The notes under the pieces were generated by a model. The model did no database searches, was not told the origin of the DNA, and saw only the letters and a list, made by a program, of their open reading frames with translations. A stretch of 64,000 nt of DNA, taken from the NCBI GenBank assembly GCA_963668695.2, contig CAXXLQ010000004.1:416001-480000 (forward strand). Direction: 5' to 3'. Positions 47,823-57,626 of this stretch are shown here, one piece after another. Position 1 is the stretch's first letter; each line of letters begins with the position of its first letter. The position numbers and the translations under genes are program-made. This DNA comes from Vicinamibacteria bacterium. GTDB taxonomy: Bacteria > Acidobacteriota > Vicinamibacteria > Marinacidobacterales > Marinacidobacteraceae.

Positions 47823-48875
47823 CTACCAGATATCCCCGACCGTGAAGCCCTCCGGGAAGGGATCCGATGGATCCACGGAGTACTGGGCGATCCCCGTGAT
47901 CCAGGCGGTCCCGCTGATCGTCGGGACCACTGCCGGGACCCCGCCAACCGTCGTGGTCCGGATCAGGCGCCCCACGAACTCGGTCCCCACCGGACCGAAG
48001 TGATGGAAATCCTCGCCGATCCCGAGCAGGCCCCGCGCATGGAGCGCCGCCATCCGGGCGGAAGTCCCCGTCCCGCAGGGAGAGCGGTCGAGCGCGCCGG
48101 TCCAGGTCTCGGGACGATTCCAGTCCAGCTCGCCCACGGCCACCGACACCGCGTTCGCGGCGGTCCGGGTTTCGGGATCGAAGGGCCCGGTGAGCTGCCC
48201 GATGCTCGCCTGACGGATCTCGGGGTTTTCCGGGTGGACCGCTTCGAGCTGTTCGCGCGCCGCCTGTTTCACCATCGCCCCGACCCGGGCCAGTTCCCGC
48301 CCGTGTTCCGGCGCGATGCGGAGCCCGAAGCGGGCGGCGTCGGCGATCGCGTAGAACATGCCCCCCCAACAGACGTCCACCTCGACCTCGCCGAAGGTCG
48401 GCACCTCGATCTTCGCTCCCAGATGGGCGGGGAAGGCGGGCACGTTCTCGAAAGTCACCCGGGTCACCTTGCCGCCCTCGACGCTTGCCTGCACCTGGAT
48501 GAGTCCCGCCGGGGTCTCCAGGGTGAGTTCGGTCACCGGCTCGACCGCGGGCACCATGCCGGTCTCGATGAGCGCGGTGACCGTGCAGATGGTGTTCGTC
48601 CCCGACATTGGCGGGTACTCGGTCTGCTCCATGATCACGAAGCCGGCGTCCGCATCGGGATGGGTGGGAGGCAGCACCAGGTTGCAGTTGGCCGCCGGAT
48701 AGCCCCGGGGCTCCCGGAGCATGAGTTTGCGGAGGCCGTCGGCGTGGCGCTCCAGGTACTGCATCTTCCGGAACATCGTCTCGCCGGGCACGTCGAGGAC
48801 ACCACCGACAATCACCCGGCCGGGCTCACCGGCGGCGTGCAGATCCACCGCCTGAATGAGTCGCTCTGAGCGCAT
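47823..48875 (-). CDS. proline racemase family protein with a Ser/Cys catalytic pair
   Basis: DLHAAGEPGR, REPRG, YPPMSGTN, DRSPCGTGTSAR. Confidence 0.9.
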   Translation of the reverse strand: MRSERLIQAVDLHAAGEPGRVIVGGVLDVPGETMFRKMQYLERHADGLRKLMLREPRGYPAANCNLVLPPTHPDADAGFVIMEQTEYPPMSGTNTICTVTALIETGMVPAVEPVTELTLETPAGLIQVQASVEGGKVTRVTFENVPAFPAHLGAKIEVPTFGEVEVDVCWGGMFYAIADAARFGLRIAPEHGRELARVGAMVKQAAREQLEAVHPENPEIRQASIGQLTGPFDPETRTAANAVSVAVGELDWNRPETWTGALDRSPCGTGTSARMAALHARGLLGIGEDFHHFGPVGTEFVGRLIRTTTVGGVPAVVPTISGTAWITGIAQYSVDPSDPFPEGFTVGDIW

Positions 48876-48887
48876 TTTCTTCTCCCT

Positions 48888-50582
48888 TTAGTCGCGAGGT
48901 GCGGGGGTTTCTTCGACGACCCGGAACACGCCCGCCCCGTCTACCGGCACCATCTGTTCGACCCCCGTTGGCCAGCGCACCCTAACCGAGTCGGGCACTC
49001 CGGGAGCAAGACCGATCCAGACTTCGCGCGCACCGGACGACAGGTAGCTCGAGCCGGCGGTGACCACGGCGCGCTGCGGCTTCCCGGCTCGCTCCACCAC
49101 CACCTCGGCGCCGACCCCGTCGCGGTTGGACACCCGTCCCACCAGCCGAAGCACGGCCCGCGGAGCCGGGTCCCCGCCGTTTTGGAGGAGCGCGGCGCGG
49201 CCGCCGGAGCGGGAGGCCGCGAGGTCGAGCAAGCCGTCCGCGTTGAAGTCCGCGGCCACCAGGCCCCGGCCCACCGCCGGCGGCAGCCCGAGCGCCACCG
49301 GTTCGAACGAACCGCCCAGGTTTCGAAAGCAGACGTCCCGCTGGCGGTATTCCGTTCCCGGGTAGAGAAGCGGCGCGTTGTCGAGGACGTGCCCGTTCGT
49401 GATGCAGAGGTCCGGCGCGGCGTCGTTGTCGAGGTCCGCGAACACGGCGCCGAAGCCCAGCCAGTCGAGCGACGGCCGCCCCACTCCGGAAAGAAAGGAA
49501 ACGTCGCGGAAGACGCCGTGCCGGTCGGCAACGTAGAGGTTGTTCGCCTCGCCCTGGAAGTTCGTGACAAACAGATCGAGGTCCCCGTCGGATTCGATGT
49601 CCGCCGCCGCGATCCCCATCCCGGCGAGGGCATTCCCGTCTCCGTCGTAGGCGAGGCCGGACGACAGGCCCCGTTCCCGGAAACGGAGTCCGCCCAGGTT
49701 TTCGAAGAGGAAGTTGGGGACCGTGTCGTTCGCCACGTAGAGGTCGGGAAGCGGATCCCCGATCAGGTCGGCGGCGAGGACGCCGAGTCCCTTGCCAGTC
49801 AGGAGCCCCACTCCGGCAGCTTCGGAAACGTCGCGGAACGAGCCGTCGCCGCGGTTTTCGTAGAGCAGATCCGGCACCCCGGAGAAGGCGTCGGGGAGGC
49901 AATAGGACCGGACCCGCTCGCCGGACACCATCCGCGCGCATTCCGGGTTGCTCGCCGGGGACCAGGCGAGGTAGTGCGTCACGAAGAGATCGAGGTCACC
50001 GTCCCCGTCGAGATCGGAAAAAGCAGCGCTCGCGCTCCAACCCGCCGCCCTGAGCCCGGCGCCCTGGATCCCGAAAGTCCCGTCTCCCCGATTCTCGTAG
50101 AGAAGATCCGTTCCCACCCGCGTCACCAGCAGGTCGGCGTCCCCGTCGTTGTCGTAATCGGCGGCCACCGCACCCATACCGAAACCCTCGGCGGGGGCCG
50201 GTATCCCGAACCCGGCGGGTTCGCTTACATCTCGAAAACGTCCGTTTCCTTCATTGCGGTACAGCGCGCCCACCGGCCCCGGCGGAGCGCCCGTCCCCGG
50301 CACTTCCCCGCCCTGCACGAAGAAGAGGTCGGGCGCACCGTCGCCGTCGTAATCGAGCACCGCCAGGCCGGAGCCCATCGTCTCTACCGGATGCCAGTCG
50401 CCCCGCGCGCCCCGATAGTGCTGGAAGGAGAGACCGGCCTCCGTTGCCACGTCCCGCAGCACGATCTGCGTGGATGCGGGCTCGGTCTGGATGAACGCGA
50501 GGAGAAGCGTTGCCACGCCCGCCAAGCGACCCCGGCCCACTAAGACGCGGAGGCCGACAGCGATACGCGGCGGAAAGGTCAT
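48888..50582 (-). CDS. CRTAC1-like FG-GAP repeat / ASPIC-UnbV protein
   Basis: ETMGSG, repeated DxDxDGxxDL, NRDGVGA, SSYLSS, VRWPTG. Confidence 0.88.
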   Translation of the reverse strand: MTFPPRIAVGLRVLVGRGRLAGVATLLLAFIQTEPASTQIVLRDVATEAGLSFQHYRGARGDWHPVETMGSGLAVLDYDGDGAPDLFFVQGGEVPGTGAPPGPVGALYRNEGNGRFRDVSEPAGFGIPAPAEGFGMGAVAADYDNDGDADLLVTRVGTDLLYENRGDGTFGIQGAGLRAAGWSASAAFSDLDGDGDLDLFVTHYLAWSPASNPECARMVSGERVRSYCLPDAFSGVPDLLYENRGDGSFRDVSEAAGVGLLTGKGLGVLAADLIGDPLPDLYVANDTVPNFLFENLGGLRFRERGLSSGLAYDGDGNALAGMGIAAADIESDGDLDLFVTNFQGEANNLYVADRHGVFRDVSFLSGVGRPSLDWLGFGAVFADLDNDAAPDLCITNGHVLDNAPLLYPGTEYRQRDVCFRNLGGSFEPVALGLPPAVGRGLVAADFNADGLLDLAASRSGGRAALLQNGGDPAPRAVLRLVGRVSNRDGVGAEVVVERAGKPQRAVVTAGSSYLSSGAREVWIGLAPGVPDSVRVRWPTGVEQMVPVDGAGVFRVVEETPAPRD

Positions 50583-50593
50583 TTCGGCAGGCG

Positions 50594-50839
50594 CTATTCC
50601 GAGAAGAAGCCCTTGCGGAGATCGGCAGCCGGCACGAAACGCGTTGCTTGTCGGTAGTTCGCACGCAAGGTTCCGGAGGCGATTTCCGGGTGCAAAGGCA
50701 CGGTCAGCACCTGCCGCTCGCCCGAGCTGGGCACCCTGATGAGTTTTGCGTGGCTGCCGCGGATTTGTGCGATCACGAATCCGAAGTCACTCAGGATCTT
50801 CAGCACCTCTCGCGAGGTGAGGCGCCGAAGGCGGGGCAT
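50594..50839 (-). CDS. hicA: HicA family toxin
   Basis: MPRLRRLTSREVLKIL..FGF....RGSHAKL...LTVPLH. Confidence 0.85.
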   Translation of the reverse strand: MPRLRRLTSREVLKILSDFGFVIAQIRGSHAKLIRVPSSGERQVLTVPLHPEIASGTLRANYRQATRFVPAADLRKGFFSE

Positions 50840-51420
50840 CAGGCCGCGAAGGCCGTTGTCTCATAGCTCACGAGAAGGCGTGGAGCGGCGGAGAGTCCCA
50901 AGCGCGCCATTTCGCCCTCGTCAAGATGAAGCGCAAGCGCCTCCCGAAGGTTGGCGAGGGTTTCATCGAGCGTCCGGCCCTGGGTGACCACCGCCGCTTC
51001 GAGGCATTCGACAACGAACCACGCATCGCTCTTGGAGATCACGGCGTGAATGGCGGACCGCTCAGCGCTGCCGGTTGGGTCGTAAACGATTCCCGCTTCG
51101 GCAACCTGATCGGCCGCCCCAAGCTCTTCGCCACTACGGGACTCGCGTTGGTCCTGACGGAACCCGGGCTCAATCCGGTAGATGCCCCTTCGCAAACGGA
51201 GGAAATAGGGCCATCGGTGAGCATGGTGCCGGGGAGCGTTCACACAGCACCGGCTCGCAACGTGCGTCCGGACGGACCGTTCGTTCAGGTAGGGCAGGGC
51301 GCGCACCACATCGCCGAGCCGGAAAGTCCAGTCTCCGGAACCACTAATGCGCCGTGCCGCGGACAGAACCTCGGCATGGATCGCCTGGCTCTGATGGTCT
51401 CCCGGAATGCTCTGCGTCAC
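50839..51420 (-). CDS. HicB-like antitoxin with an extra N-terminal wHTH-like domain
   Basis: C-terminal IHAVI...WFVVECLEAAVVTQGRTLDETLANLREALALHL; TGATG coupling to hicA. Confidence 0.75.
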   Translation of the reverse strand: MTQSIPGDHQSQAIHAEVLSAARRISGSGDWTFRLGDVVRALPYLNERSVRTHVASRCCVNAPRHHAHRWPYFLRLRRGIYRIEPGFRQDQRESRSGEELGAADQVAEAGIVYDPTGSAERSAIHAVISKSDAWFVVECLEAAVVTQGRTLDETLANLREALALHLDEGEMARLGLSAAPRLLVSYETTAFAA

Positions 51421-51430
51421 TACAGCCCTT

Positions 51431-51452
51431 ATTTTACAAGTTGTAAATAATA
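51431..51452. promoter_or_regulatory. AT-rich palindrome, putative promoter/operator of the hicBA module
   Basis: TTTACAAgTTGTAAA immediately upstream of the GTG at 51420. Confidence 0.45.
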
Positions 51453-51481
51453 AGTTTCAAGTATTCCCGTCACGGTCCCGA

Positions 51482-51721
51482 TCAGCCCCGCGGCTGCGAG
51501 GCGCACGCCGCCGAGCAGAACGTCCGGCCGTCCCGGATGACCGCCCGTTCTTCGGGGACGTGCAGATCGCACCGCTCGCATCCCACCACCCGGCCGCGCA
51601 GCTCGGCCCCGCCGGAACTTGTCGGTGGCGGGCTCGCCGGCCGGCTGAAGAGCGCCCGAACGACTTTCCACACCACGCGCGCCGCGATCAGCGCCAAAAG
51701 GATCTGGAGGAAGCGGGCCAT
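51482..51721 (-). CDS. small membrane-anchored Cys-motif protein (PP0621/TRASH-like)
   Basis: N-terminal TM; CERCDLHVP...FCSAAC. Confidence 0.7.
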   Translation of the reverse strand: MARFLQILLALIAARVVWKVVRALFSRPASPPPTSSGGAELRGRVVGCERCDLHVPEERAVIRDGRTFCSAACASQPRG

Positions 51722-51758
51722 GGCCGATGCCCGATCTTAGTGGCGGCGGTGTTGACAG

Positions 51759-52346
51759 CTATGGATGTGCGGAGCGAAGCGACTCGATCTGAGCCCGGAG
51801 CGCCACCGCCTCGGGCGAACCGGGCGCAGCGGCGATCGCGCGCTCCCAGAGCTCGATACCGGCTTCCAGATCCTGTTCCGCAAACAGGCGCACCTGGCCG
51901 AGGGCGACCAGACTCTCGAAGTGTTCGGGGTCTTCCTCCAGCACGCGCTCGTAGGCCGCGACGGCCGCGGCCACGTCCCCAACCCCGAGCTGGGCAAACG
52001 CCACGCGGCTGCGGATGTCGAGGTCCGACGGATCGAGGTTTCGCGCCTGCTGGAGCCAGTACACCGCTTTGCTGAAATCCCGCGCGTCCAGGTACAGCTC
52101 TCCGACCGCGGCGCGCGCCGCCGGCTCCTCGGGCCGCGCTTCAACGGCGTCGAGGAGAGCCTCCAGGGCATCCGGGTTCACGGGTCGCGCCTCGGGAGCT
52201 GAGGCCACTTCCGGCGCCGGAGGCGGCGCCGGAGGCAACGCCGCGGGCGCCTGCGGTCCGGAGGATCCGGAAACCAGGAAACCGACCAGGACCCCGAACA
52301 CCAGCCCGGCCCCGAAGAAGAGGGCGCGCTCGGACAGGGCGCTCAT
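51759..52346 (-). CDS. tetratricopeptide repeat protein
   Basis: N-terminal TM, Pro linker, TPR-like A...Y..A...DP repeats. Confidence 0.8.
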   Translation of the reverse strand: MSALSERALFFGAGLVFGVLVGFLVSGSSGPQAPAALPPAPPPAPEVASAPEARPVNPDALEALLDAVEARPEEPAARAAVGELYLDARDFSKAVYWLQQARNLDPSDLDIRSRVAFAQLGVGDVAAAVAAYERVLEEDPEHFESLVALGQVRLFAEQDLEAGIELWERAIAAAPGSPEAVALRAQIESLRSAHP

Positions 52347-53878
52347 CCGGTCACCGAAATCTTGCCGGGGTGGGAACGGCGCGACTCGAGGAGCGAGCGC
52401 CCTCCAACGTAGAGGTAGCCCGCCGCAAACAACAGCAGGAAGGGCGCCGAGGCCGCCACCCCTTCCACGACGGCGTAGAGGGTGGCGCCCGCCAACACGA
52501 GTCCCAGACCGAACTCCAGCGCCGGGATGGCGCCGCCGGGCATCCGGTAGGACTTGCCGCGCCAGGGGTCACCCGTCTGGGCAATGCCGTACTTGGGCGT
52601 CCGGACGAAAGGGGTCGGCCGGCCGAGCACGCCGGCAAGCACCGCGGCGGCGTTGCTGAAGGAGAGGCCGATGCCCACGGCGAGGGCCGCGGGAATTCCC
52701 CGCACCCGGCGCCAGAGCCCCTCCCGCTCGCCTGGCGGCTGAAGACGGAGCAGCCGGCTCTGGGAAAAGGCGTAGAAGGACACCACCGAGAAGGTGGCAG
52801 CGGCGAAGATCGGAATGTCGAGGAGCGCCATTTCCCGGAGTCCGGTGCTCACCCGGGCGAAGAGCACCGGCGCCATGAGCAGGCTCAGCACCGCCATCAA
52901 CGGATAGGCAAGGTTGCTCGTGAGGTGGAAGAACGCCTCCGCCCGGACCCGCAGCGGCAGCCGGGAGGCCAGGATCTGCGGCAGCAACTTCCGGGCGGTC
53001 TGGAGCGATCCCTGAGCCCAGCGGCGCTGCTGCGCCTTGAAGGCGTTCATCGAGACCGGAAGCTCGGCCGGGGCTGCGATCTCGGGCACGAACACGAAAC
53101 GCCACCCCCGGAGCTGGGCGCGGTAGGAGAGGTCGAGATCCTCGGTCAGCGTGTCCCCTTGCCAGCCTCCGGCGTCGTCGATCGCCGCCCGCCGCCAGAT
53201 TCCCGCCGTGCCGTTGAAGTTGAAAAAGCAACCCGAGACGTGACGCCCGCCGTGCTCCGTTATGAAGTGCCCATCCAGGAGAATGGCCTGGACGTCGGTC
53301 AGGAGCGAGTAGTCACGGTTCAGATGGTCCCAGCGGGCCTGGACGAGGCCGGTCCGCTCGTCGCCGAGCAGATACGGGAGCGCCTCCTGTAAGAAGTCGG
53401 GTTTGGGAACGAAATCGGCGTCAAAGATCGCCACGAACGGCGCCTCCGACGCGTCGAGGCCGACCTGAAGAGCCCCGGCCTTGAAGCCTCGGCGGTCGGT
53501 CCGGTGGATGCGGCAGATATCGAGCCCGGCAGCCACGCATTCCGCCACCACCCGGTCGGCGATTGTCCCGGTGTCATCCGTTGAGTCATCGAGCACCTGC
53601 ACGCTGAGGCGCGACCGCGGATAGTCGAGCGCCGCCACCGCGCGGATCAACCGCTCGACGACGTAGCGCTCGTTGAACACCGGAAGTTGGATGAGCACCG
53701 CCGGCGGCTCACGCTCGAGAAGCGGAGCTCCGCGCATCCGCATCCGTTCGGCGGCCGCTCCCGCCCGGGCGCCGTACCGGCTGAGCCGGTACACAAGCAC
53801 GTAGCGATGGGAGCCGTAGATCGAGAGCAGCAGCAGGACGACGAAATAGATGGTCAGGACGGCATCGGCGAGGGACAA
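52343..53878 (-). CDS. GT2 cellulose-synthase-like glycosyltransferase
   Basis: QLPVFNE, DDSTD, FKAGAL, FDADF, TLTEDLD, QQRRWAQG; start uncertain (TTG at 53878). Confidence 0.88.
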   Translation of the reverse strand: MSLADAVLTIYFVVLLLLSIYGSHRYVLVYRLSRYGARAGAAAERMRMRGAPLLEREPPAVLIQLPVFNERYVVERLIRAVAALDYPRSRLSVQVLDDSTDDTGTIADRVVAECVAAGLDICRIHRTDRRGFKAGALQVGLDASEAPFVAIFDADFVPKPDFLQEALPYLLGDERTGLVQARWDHLNRDYSLLTDVQAILLDGHFITEHGGRHVSGCFFNFNGTAGIWRRAAIDDAGGWQGDTLTEDLDLSYRAQLRGWRFVFVPEIAAPAELPVSMNAFKAQQRRWAQGSLQTARKLLPQILASRLPLRVRAEAFFHLTSNLAYPLMAVLSLLMAPVLFARVSTGLREMALLDIPIFAAATFSVVSFYAFSQSRLLRLQPPGEREGLWRRVRGIPAALAVGIGLSFSNAAAVLAGVLGRPTPFVRTPKYGIAQTGDPWRGKSYRMPGGAIPALEFGLGLVLAGATLYAVVEGVAASAPFLLLFAAGYLYVGGRSLLESRRSHPGKISVTG

Positions 53879-53962
53879 GGGAGTGCATTGTGACGCCGCC
53901 GGCCCGTGGGCGCCCCGAGAGTTCGCGGTCCCGCGGGGTGGTTCGTACACACTCCCCGCCGC

Positions 53963-55291
53963 GTGAACTGGCGATCGTTGGCAGGACTCGGTGGAGTCCA
54001 TGTTCTGCTGGCGGGCGCCCTCTCCACGGTGCTCGAAAGCGCCGCCGGGTTCTGGTGGCACTTCGGAGTCCACGCCCTGCTGTTCGTCCCGCTGGCGCTC
54101 GTGGTCAGCTCAGCCATTCGCGGAGAGAGCTCTCCCGGACGGCGGCAGCTCCTGATCGTCCTGGTCGCCGCGGCTCTGAGCCGCGCGTTGCTCCTGCCCA
54201 CGACTCCCACGCTCTCGGGCGACGTGTACCGGATGGCCTGGGAAGCGCAGGTGGTGCTCGAGGGCAAGGACCCCTGGGCGCAGCCGCCGGACGATCCGGC
54301 GCTGGCCGAGATCGCGGCGGCCCACCCGGAACTGCGGGAGCGGGTCGGGTACTGGAAGCTGCCCGCCATTTATCCGCCGTTCGCGCAGCTCTTCGCCGCC
54401 GGCGTGGGCTGGATCTCGCCGAGCGTCATGGCCCTGAAGGCAGCGCTCCTCCTCGCCGAAGCGGCGTTGATCCTGGCCCTGATCGCACTTCTCCGGCGCC
54501 GCGGGTTGAATCCCCTGCTGGTTGCGGCCTACGCCTGGAATCCGCTGGCGCTCACCGAGATTGCCGGTAGCGGACACGGCGACGCCCTCGCGGTAGCCCT
54601 CCTCCTGCTGGCCGTCCTGGCGCTCGAACGGGGCCGGGCGGCGGGCGGCGCCGCGCTCGCCGCGCTCTCGGGAATGACCAAGTTCGCGGGGTTCGTGCTC
54701 ATCCCCTTCGTGCTGCGCGAGGCCGGGGAGCGCCGCCGCCGGTTGGCCGCGCTGGGGGTCGCGGGCGGCGTCGTTCTCCTCGCCCTGCTGCCCTTCCTGA
54801 CGCCGGAGCGGCTGGCGGACGGCGTCGCCGCGAGGTTCGGAGAGTTCGGGGCGAGCCTCTGGCACTACGCCCGCCACTGGCGCTTCAACGACAGCCTGTT
54901 CTCCCCGCTGGAAGCCGTCCTCGGGGACGCCGCGCGCCCGGCGGCGTTCGCAGCCCTGCTGGTGCTGGGTGCGGTCCTGGTCATCCGGCGCTGCCCCCCG
55001 GGGCTCGCGATCGGCAGCCTGGCGGGAGCCGCCTTCCTTCTCTCGCCGGTAGCCCACCCCTGGTACCTGCTGTGGTCGCTCCCCTTCCTCGTCCTCCATC
55101 CCGAGCGCCGCGGACTGCTGGCCGGCGGCCTGACGCTGACACTGACCGTGGCGCTCAGCTACCACGCCTTCTGGAACGTCCCCGTGGGACTCGACTGGAC
55201 TCTGCCCGCGTGGGTCCGGATCGCGGAATACCTTCCGGTTCCGCTGGCCGCCTTCCTTTGCGCCCGGCCCGGCCGGGCGCGGTCTCTTTAA
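53963..55291 (+). CDS. GT-C fold membrane glycosyltransferase (GT87-like)
   Basis: LSGDVYR, IYPP, YAWNPL..EIAGSGH.D, AHPWYLLW; many TM segments. Confidence 0.8.
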   Translation: MNWRSLAGLGGVHVLLAGALSTVLESAAGFWWHFGVHALLFVPLALVVSSAIRGESSPGRRQLLIVLVAAALSRALLLPTTPTLSGDVYRMAWEAQVVLEGKDPWAQPPDDPALAEIAAAHPELRERVGYWKLPAIYPPFAQLFAAGVGWISPSVMALKAALLLAEAALILALIALLRRRGLNPLLVAAYAWNPLALTEIAGSGHGDALAVALLLLAVLALERGRAAGGAALAALSGMTKFAGFVLIPFVLREAGERRRRLAALGVAGGVVLLALLPFLTPERLADGVAARFGEFGASLWHYARHWRFNDSLFSPLEAVLGDAARPAAFAALLVLGAVLVIRRCPPGLAIGSLAGAAFLLSPVAHPWYLLWSLPFLVLHPERRGLLAGGLTLTLTVALSYHAFWNVPVGLDWTLPAWVRIAEYLPVPLAAFLCARPGRARSL

Positions 55292-56079
55292 CCCTCCGGC
55301 TCCGACTCCAGGCGGCGGAAATGCGCCACCGCCAGGGCGGCGGCGTAGCCACCGCCGAAGCCGTTGTCGATGTTGACGACGGTGACCCCCGGAGCGCAAC
55401 TGTTGAGCAGCGAGAGCAGCGCGGTGAGGCCTCCCCAGGAAGCTCCGTACCCGGTTGAGGTGGGGACGGCGATGATCGGGCACGGAACGAGACCCGCAAC
55501 CACCGGAGCCAGCGCCGCTTCCATGCCGGCGACCACCACCAGCGCGTGAAGAGCGCGGAACCCCGAGGCCTCGGCGAGAAGCCGCTGGATGCCGCTGACG
55601 CCGATATCGAAGGTCCGCCGGACCTCGGCGCCCATGAGCTCCGCGGTGAGGGCCGCCTCCTCGGCGACCGTGATGTCCGAAGTCCCCGCCGAAACCACCC
55701 CGATCCGGGCGCCTGTCGGCGAGGGCGAACTGCGGGAAACCACCACCGCCCTGGCCTCTTCCCGCCAGACCGCTCCCGGGATGTCCGTCAGGACGGCCCG
55801 CGCCGTTTCCGGCGAAACGCGGGTCACGAGGGTCTGCCCGGCCGTTTCCGAGAGCGCCCGGACGATCGCGACGACCTGCTCCGCGCTCTTGCCCTCGGCC
55901 AGCACCACTTCGGGGAAACCCCGGCGGAGTTCCCGGTGGTGGTCGAGGCGCGCGAAAGGCGTCTTGCCGTCTTCGCCGACCATTTCAAAAGGAAAGCGCA
56001 GCCGCTGCTCCGCTTCCTGAGGCGTCACCTCGCCGGAGGCGATGTCGTTCAGCAGGCGGCGCAGGGACTCATCGTTCAT
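55288..56079 (-). CDS. larB: nickel-pincer cofactor biosynthesis protein LarB
   Basis: RLDHHRELRRGFPEVV, AGTSD..VAEEA, VAGMEAAL, VPTSTGYG, NSCAPG..VVNIDNGFG. Confidence 0.92.
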   Translation of the reverse strand: MNDESLRRLLNDIASGEVTPQEAEQRLRFPFEMVGEDGKTPFARLDHHRELRRGFPEVVLAEGKSAEQVVAIVRALSETAGQTLVTRVSPETARAVLTDIPGAVWREEARAVVVSRSSPSPTGARIGVVSAGTSDITVAEEAALTAELMGAEVRRTFDIGVSGIQRLLAEASGFRALHALVVVAGMEAALAPVVAGLVPCPIIAVPTSTGYGASWGGLTALLSLLNSCAPGVTVVNIDNGFGGGYAAALAVAHFRRLESEPEG

Positions 56080-56194
56080 CGGCGGGGGAGTGTGGCACGT
56101 GGCTTGGGGGGAGATGCGGGCGCTCGCTTCTGCATGTTCCGGCTGACTCGATGGAACGAGGCGGCATTCTCATACTCAGAGTAAGATTCTTGTG

Positions 56195-56494
56195 ATGCAG
56201 CGCGTCACCATCACCCTTCCCGAAGCCGTGGTTCTTGAAGTCGATCGCGAGGCGCGCAACCGGAGCCGCTTTGTGTTGGAGGCGATACGGCGAGAGCTTC
56301 GCCATCGGCGCCAGCAAGCCCTTCGCCGCTCGCTCGAAAACCCGCACGAGGAGGCATGCGCGTTGGCAGACGCCGGATTCGATGAGTGGGCCTCGTCGCT
56401 GCCTGACGAAAGCGTCGCCGAAATAGTCCATCTTGAGGGTGGAGAACCAGTCCGGTGGAACCCCGGTAGCGGCTGGCAGACGAACGAGTCTTGA
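56195..56494 (+). CDS. ribbon-helix-helix antitoxin
   Basis: MQRVTITLPE...VD....NRSRFV.EAI; directly upstream of the toxin. Confidence 0.75.
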   Translation: MQRVTITLPEAVVLEVDREARNRSRFVLEAIRRELRHRRQQALRRSLENPHEEACALADAGFDEWASSLPDESVAEIVHLEGGEPVRWNPGSGWQTNES

Positions 56495-56835
56495 ACCTTG
56501 ATCGTGGCTCGGTTGTCCTGGTGGACCTTGATCCCACGCTGGGACATGAACAGCGCGGAGTCCGGCGCTGTGTCCTGGTGAGTGATGCCGAGGTGGTGGC
56601 CGAAGCGCGCTTCCCCCTGGTCGCCGTGGTGCCCGTTTCTCGAAGGGCTGGCGAGGGCGCCCTCTACCCGTTGCTCCGCCCGGGCGCCAGCGGTCTCCTC
56701 CAGGTGTCCTGGGCGTTGACGGACCAGGTGCGATCTGTGGACAAGCGACGCATTCGCCGGCTCTTCGGAAAAGTCTCCCCCGACGAGATTCGGGCCATTG
56801 ACGAGGGTCTGCAACTGTTCCTCGGGCTCTACTAG
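56491..56835 (+). CDS. PemK/MazF family toxin
   Basis: RGSVVLVDLDPTLGHEQRGVRRCVLVS, VVPVS, DQVRSVDKRRI. Confidence 0.9.
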   Translation: MNLDRGSVVLVDLDPTLGHEQRGVRRCVLVSDAEVVAEARFPLVAVVPVSRRAGEGALYPLLRPGASGLLQVSWALTDQVRSVDKRRIRRLFGKVSPDEIRAIDEGLQLFLGLY

Positions 56836-57069
56836 CAGCCTGTGGTGAAACCCGGGTGAGCGCCGAGGCCGGCCAGTTCTCCCGGTGGGGGCGAGGCGCC
56901 CGGCTGACAAGGCGCGTGAGGGAGGAGCCCCCACCGGGAGAACTGGCCCGGGTGTATTTCGACCGAAACGCAACGAAGAGCGGAGCGAAGCGGAGTGGTT
57001 CAGCCGGGATGGATCGCCGGCCGAGCCCCCACCGGGAGAACTGGGCCGCGTGGGTTTCACCACCGGCTG
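56836..57069. mobile_element. MITE copy G (reverse orientation, core plus three 20-mers)
   Basis: 234 bp = 179+19+18+18; inserted at the toxin TAG stop. Confidence 0.88.
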
Positions 57070-57226
57070 CTGAAGCCGACCTCGGCCTCCCCACGGCTTG
57101 GCCGCATACACAGCCGGGCATCGCCCAGCGAAGGCCGCGTAATGTCGTGTCCGCGACCATCTTGGGATCCACCTTTGGATTCTGACTCGCTCTGGAAGAG
57201 AATCCTGGGGACGGCATATTTGCCTC

Positions 57227-57451
57227 ATGAAGACAATCATTGATATTCCTGGTGGCGAACTGGAGGATGCCATGCGCTTCAGCGGCGCGAAGACCAAGCG
57301 GGAGGCGGTGGTGACAGCGCTCGCGGATTTCAATCGACGGCGCCGCATGGCGGAGCTCATCGCCTGCGCGGGCACCTGTCCCGATCTGATGACCGTGGAG
57401 GAGCTACGGGCGGATCGGCGCCGCCGGGAGGATTCCGTTGATCCTGATTGA
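57227..57451 (+). CDS. VapB-type antitoxin (DUF2191-like)
   Basis: MKTIIDIP...LEDAMRFSGAKTKREAVVTAL. Confidence 0.8.
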   Translation: MKTIIDIPGGELEDAMRFSGAKTKREAVVTALADFNRRRRMAELIACAGTCPDLMTVEELRADRRRREDSVDPD

Positions 57452-57574
57452 CACGTCGTCATGGATTCATTTGCTGCGGCCGTCCGCAGATCCCGCCGGC
57501 ACGGCGCCGGGCTTGAATCGGCGGACACGGACTTCGAACGGCTGGCCGGCATCTCCCCTGCCGGGGTTGTCTGA
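57438..57574 (+). pseudogene. VapC (PIN) toxin remnant with a large internal deletion
   Basis: LILIDTSSWIHLLR joined out of frame to HGAGLESADTDFERL. Confidence 0.75.
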
Positions 57575-57626
57575 CCCCCGCGCGGAATAGCCCCCGCGAC
57601 CGGTCCGCCCTCGGTATCCTGACCCG

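Noticed and set aside
55288-56079. larB without larC/larE
   Set aside because: lar genes are often dispersed; this cannot be judged from one window.
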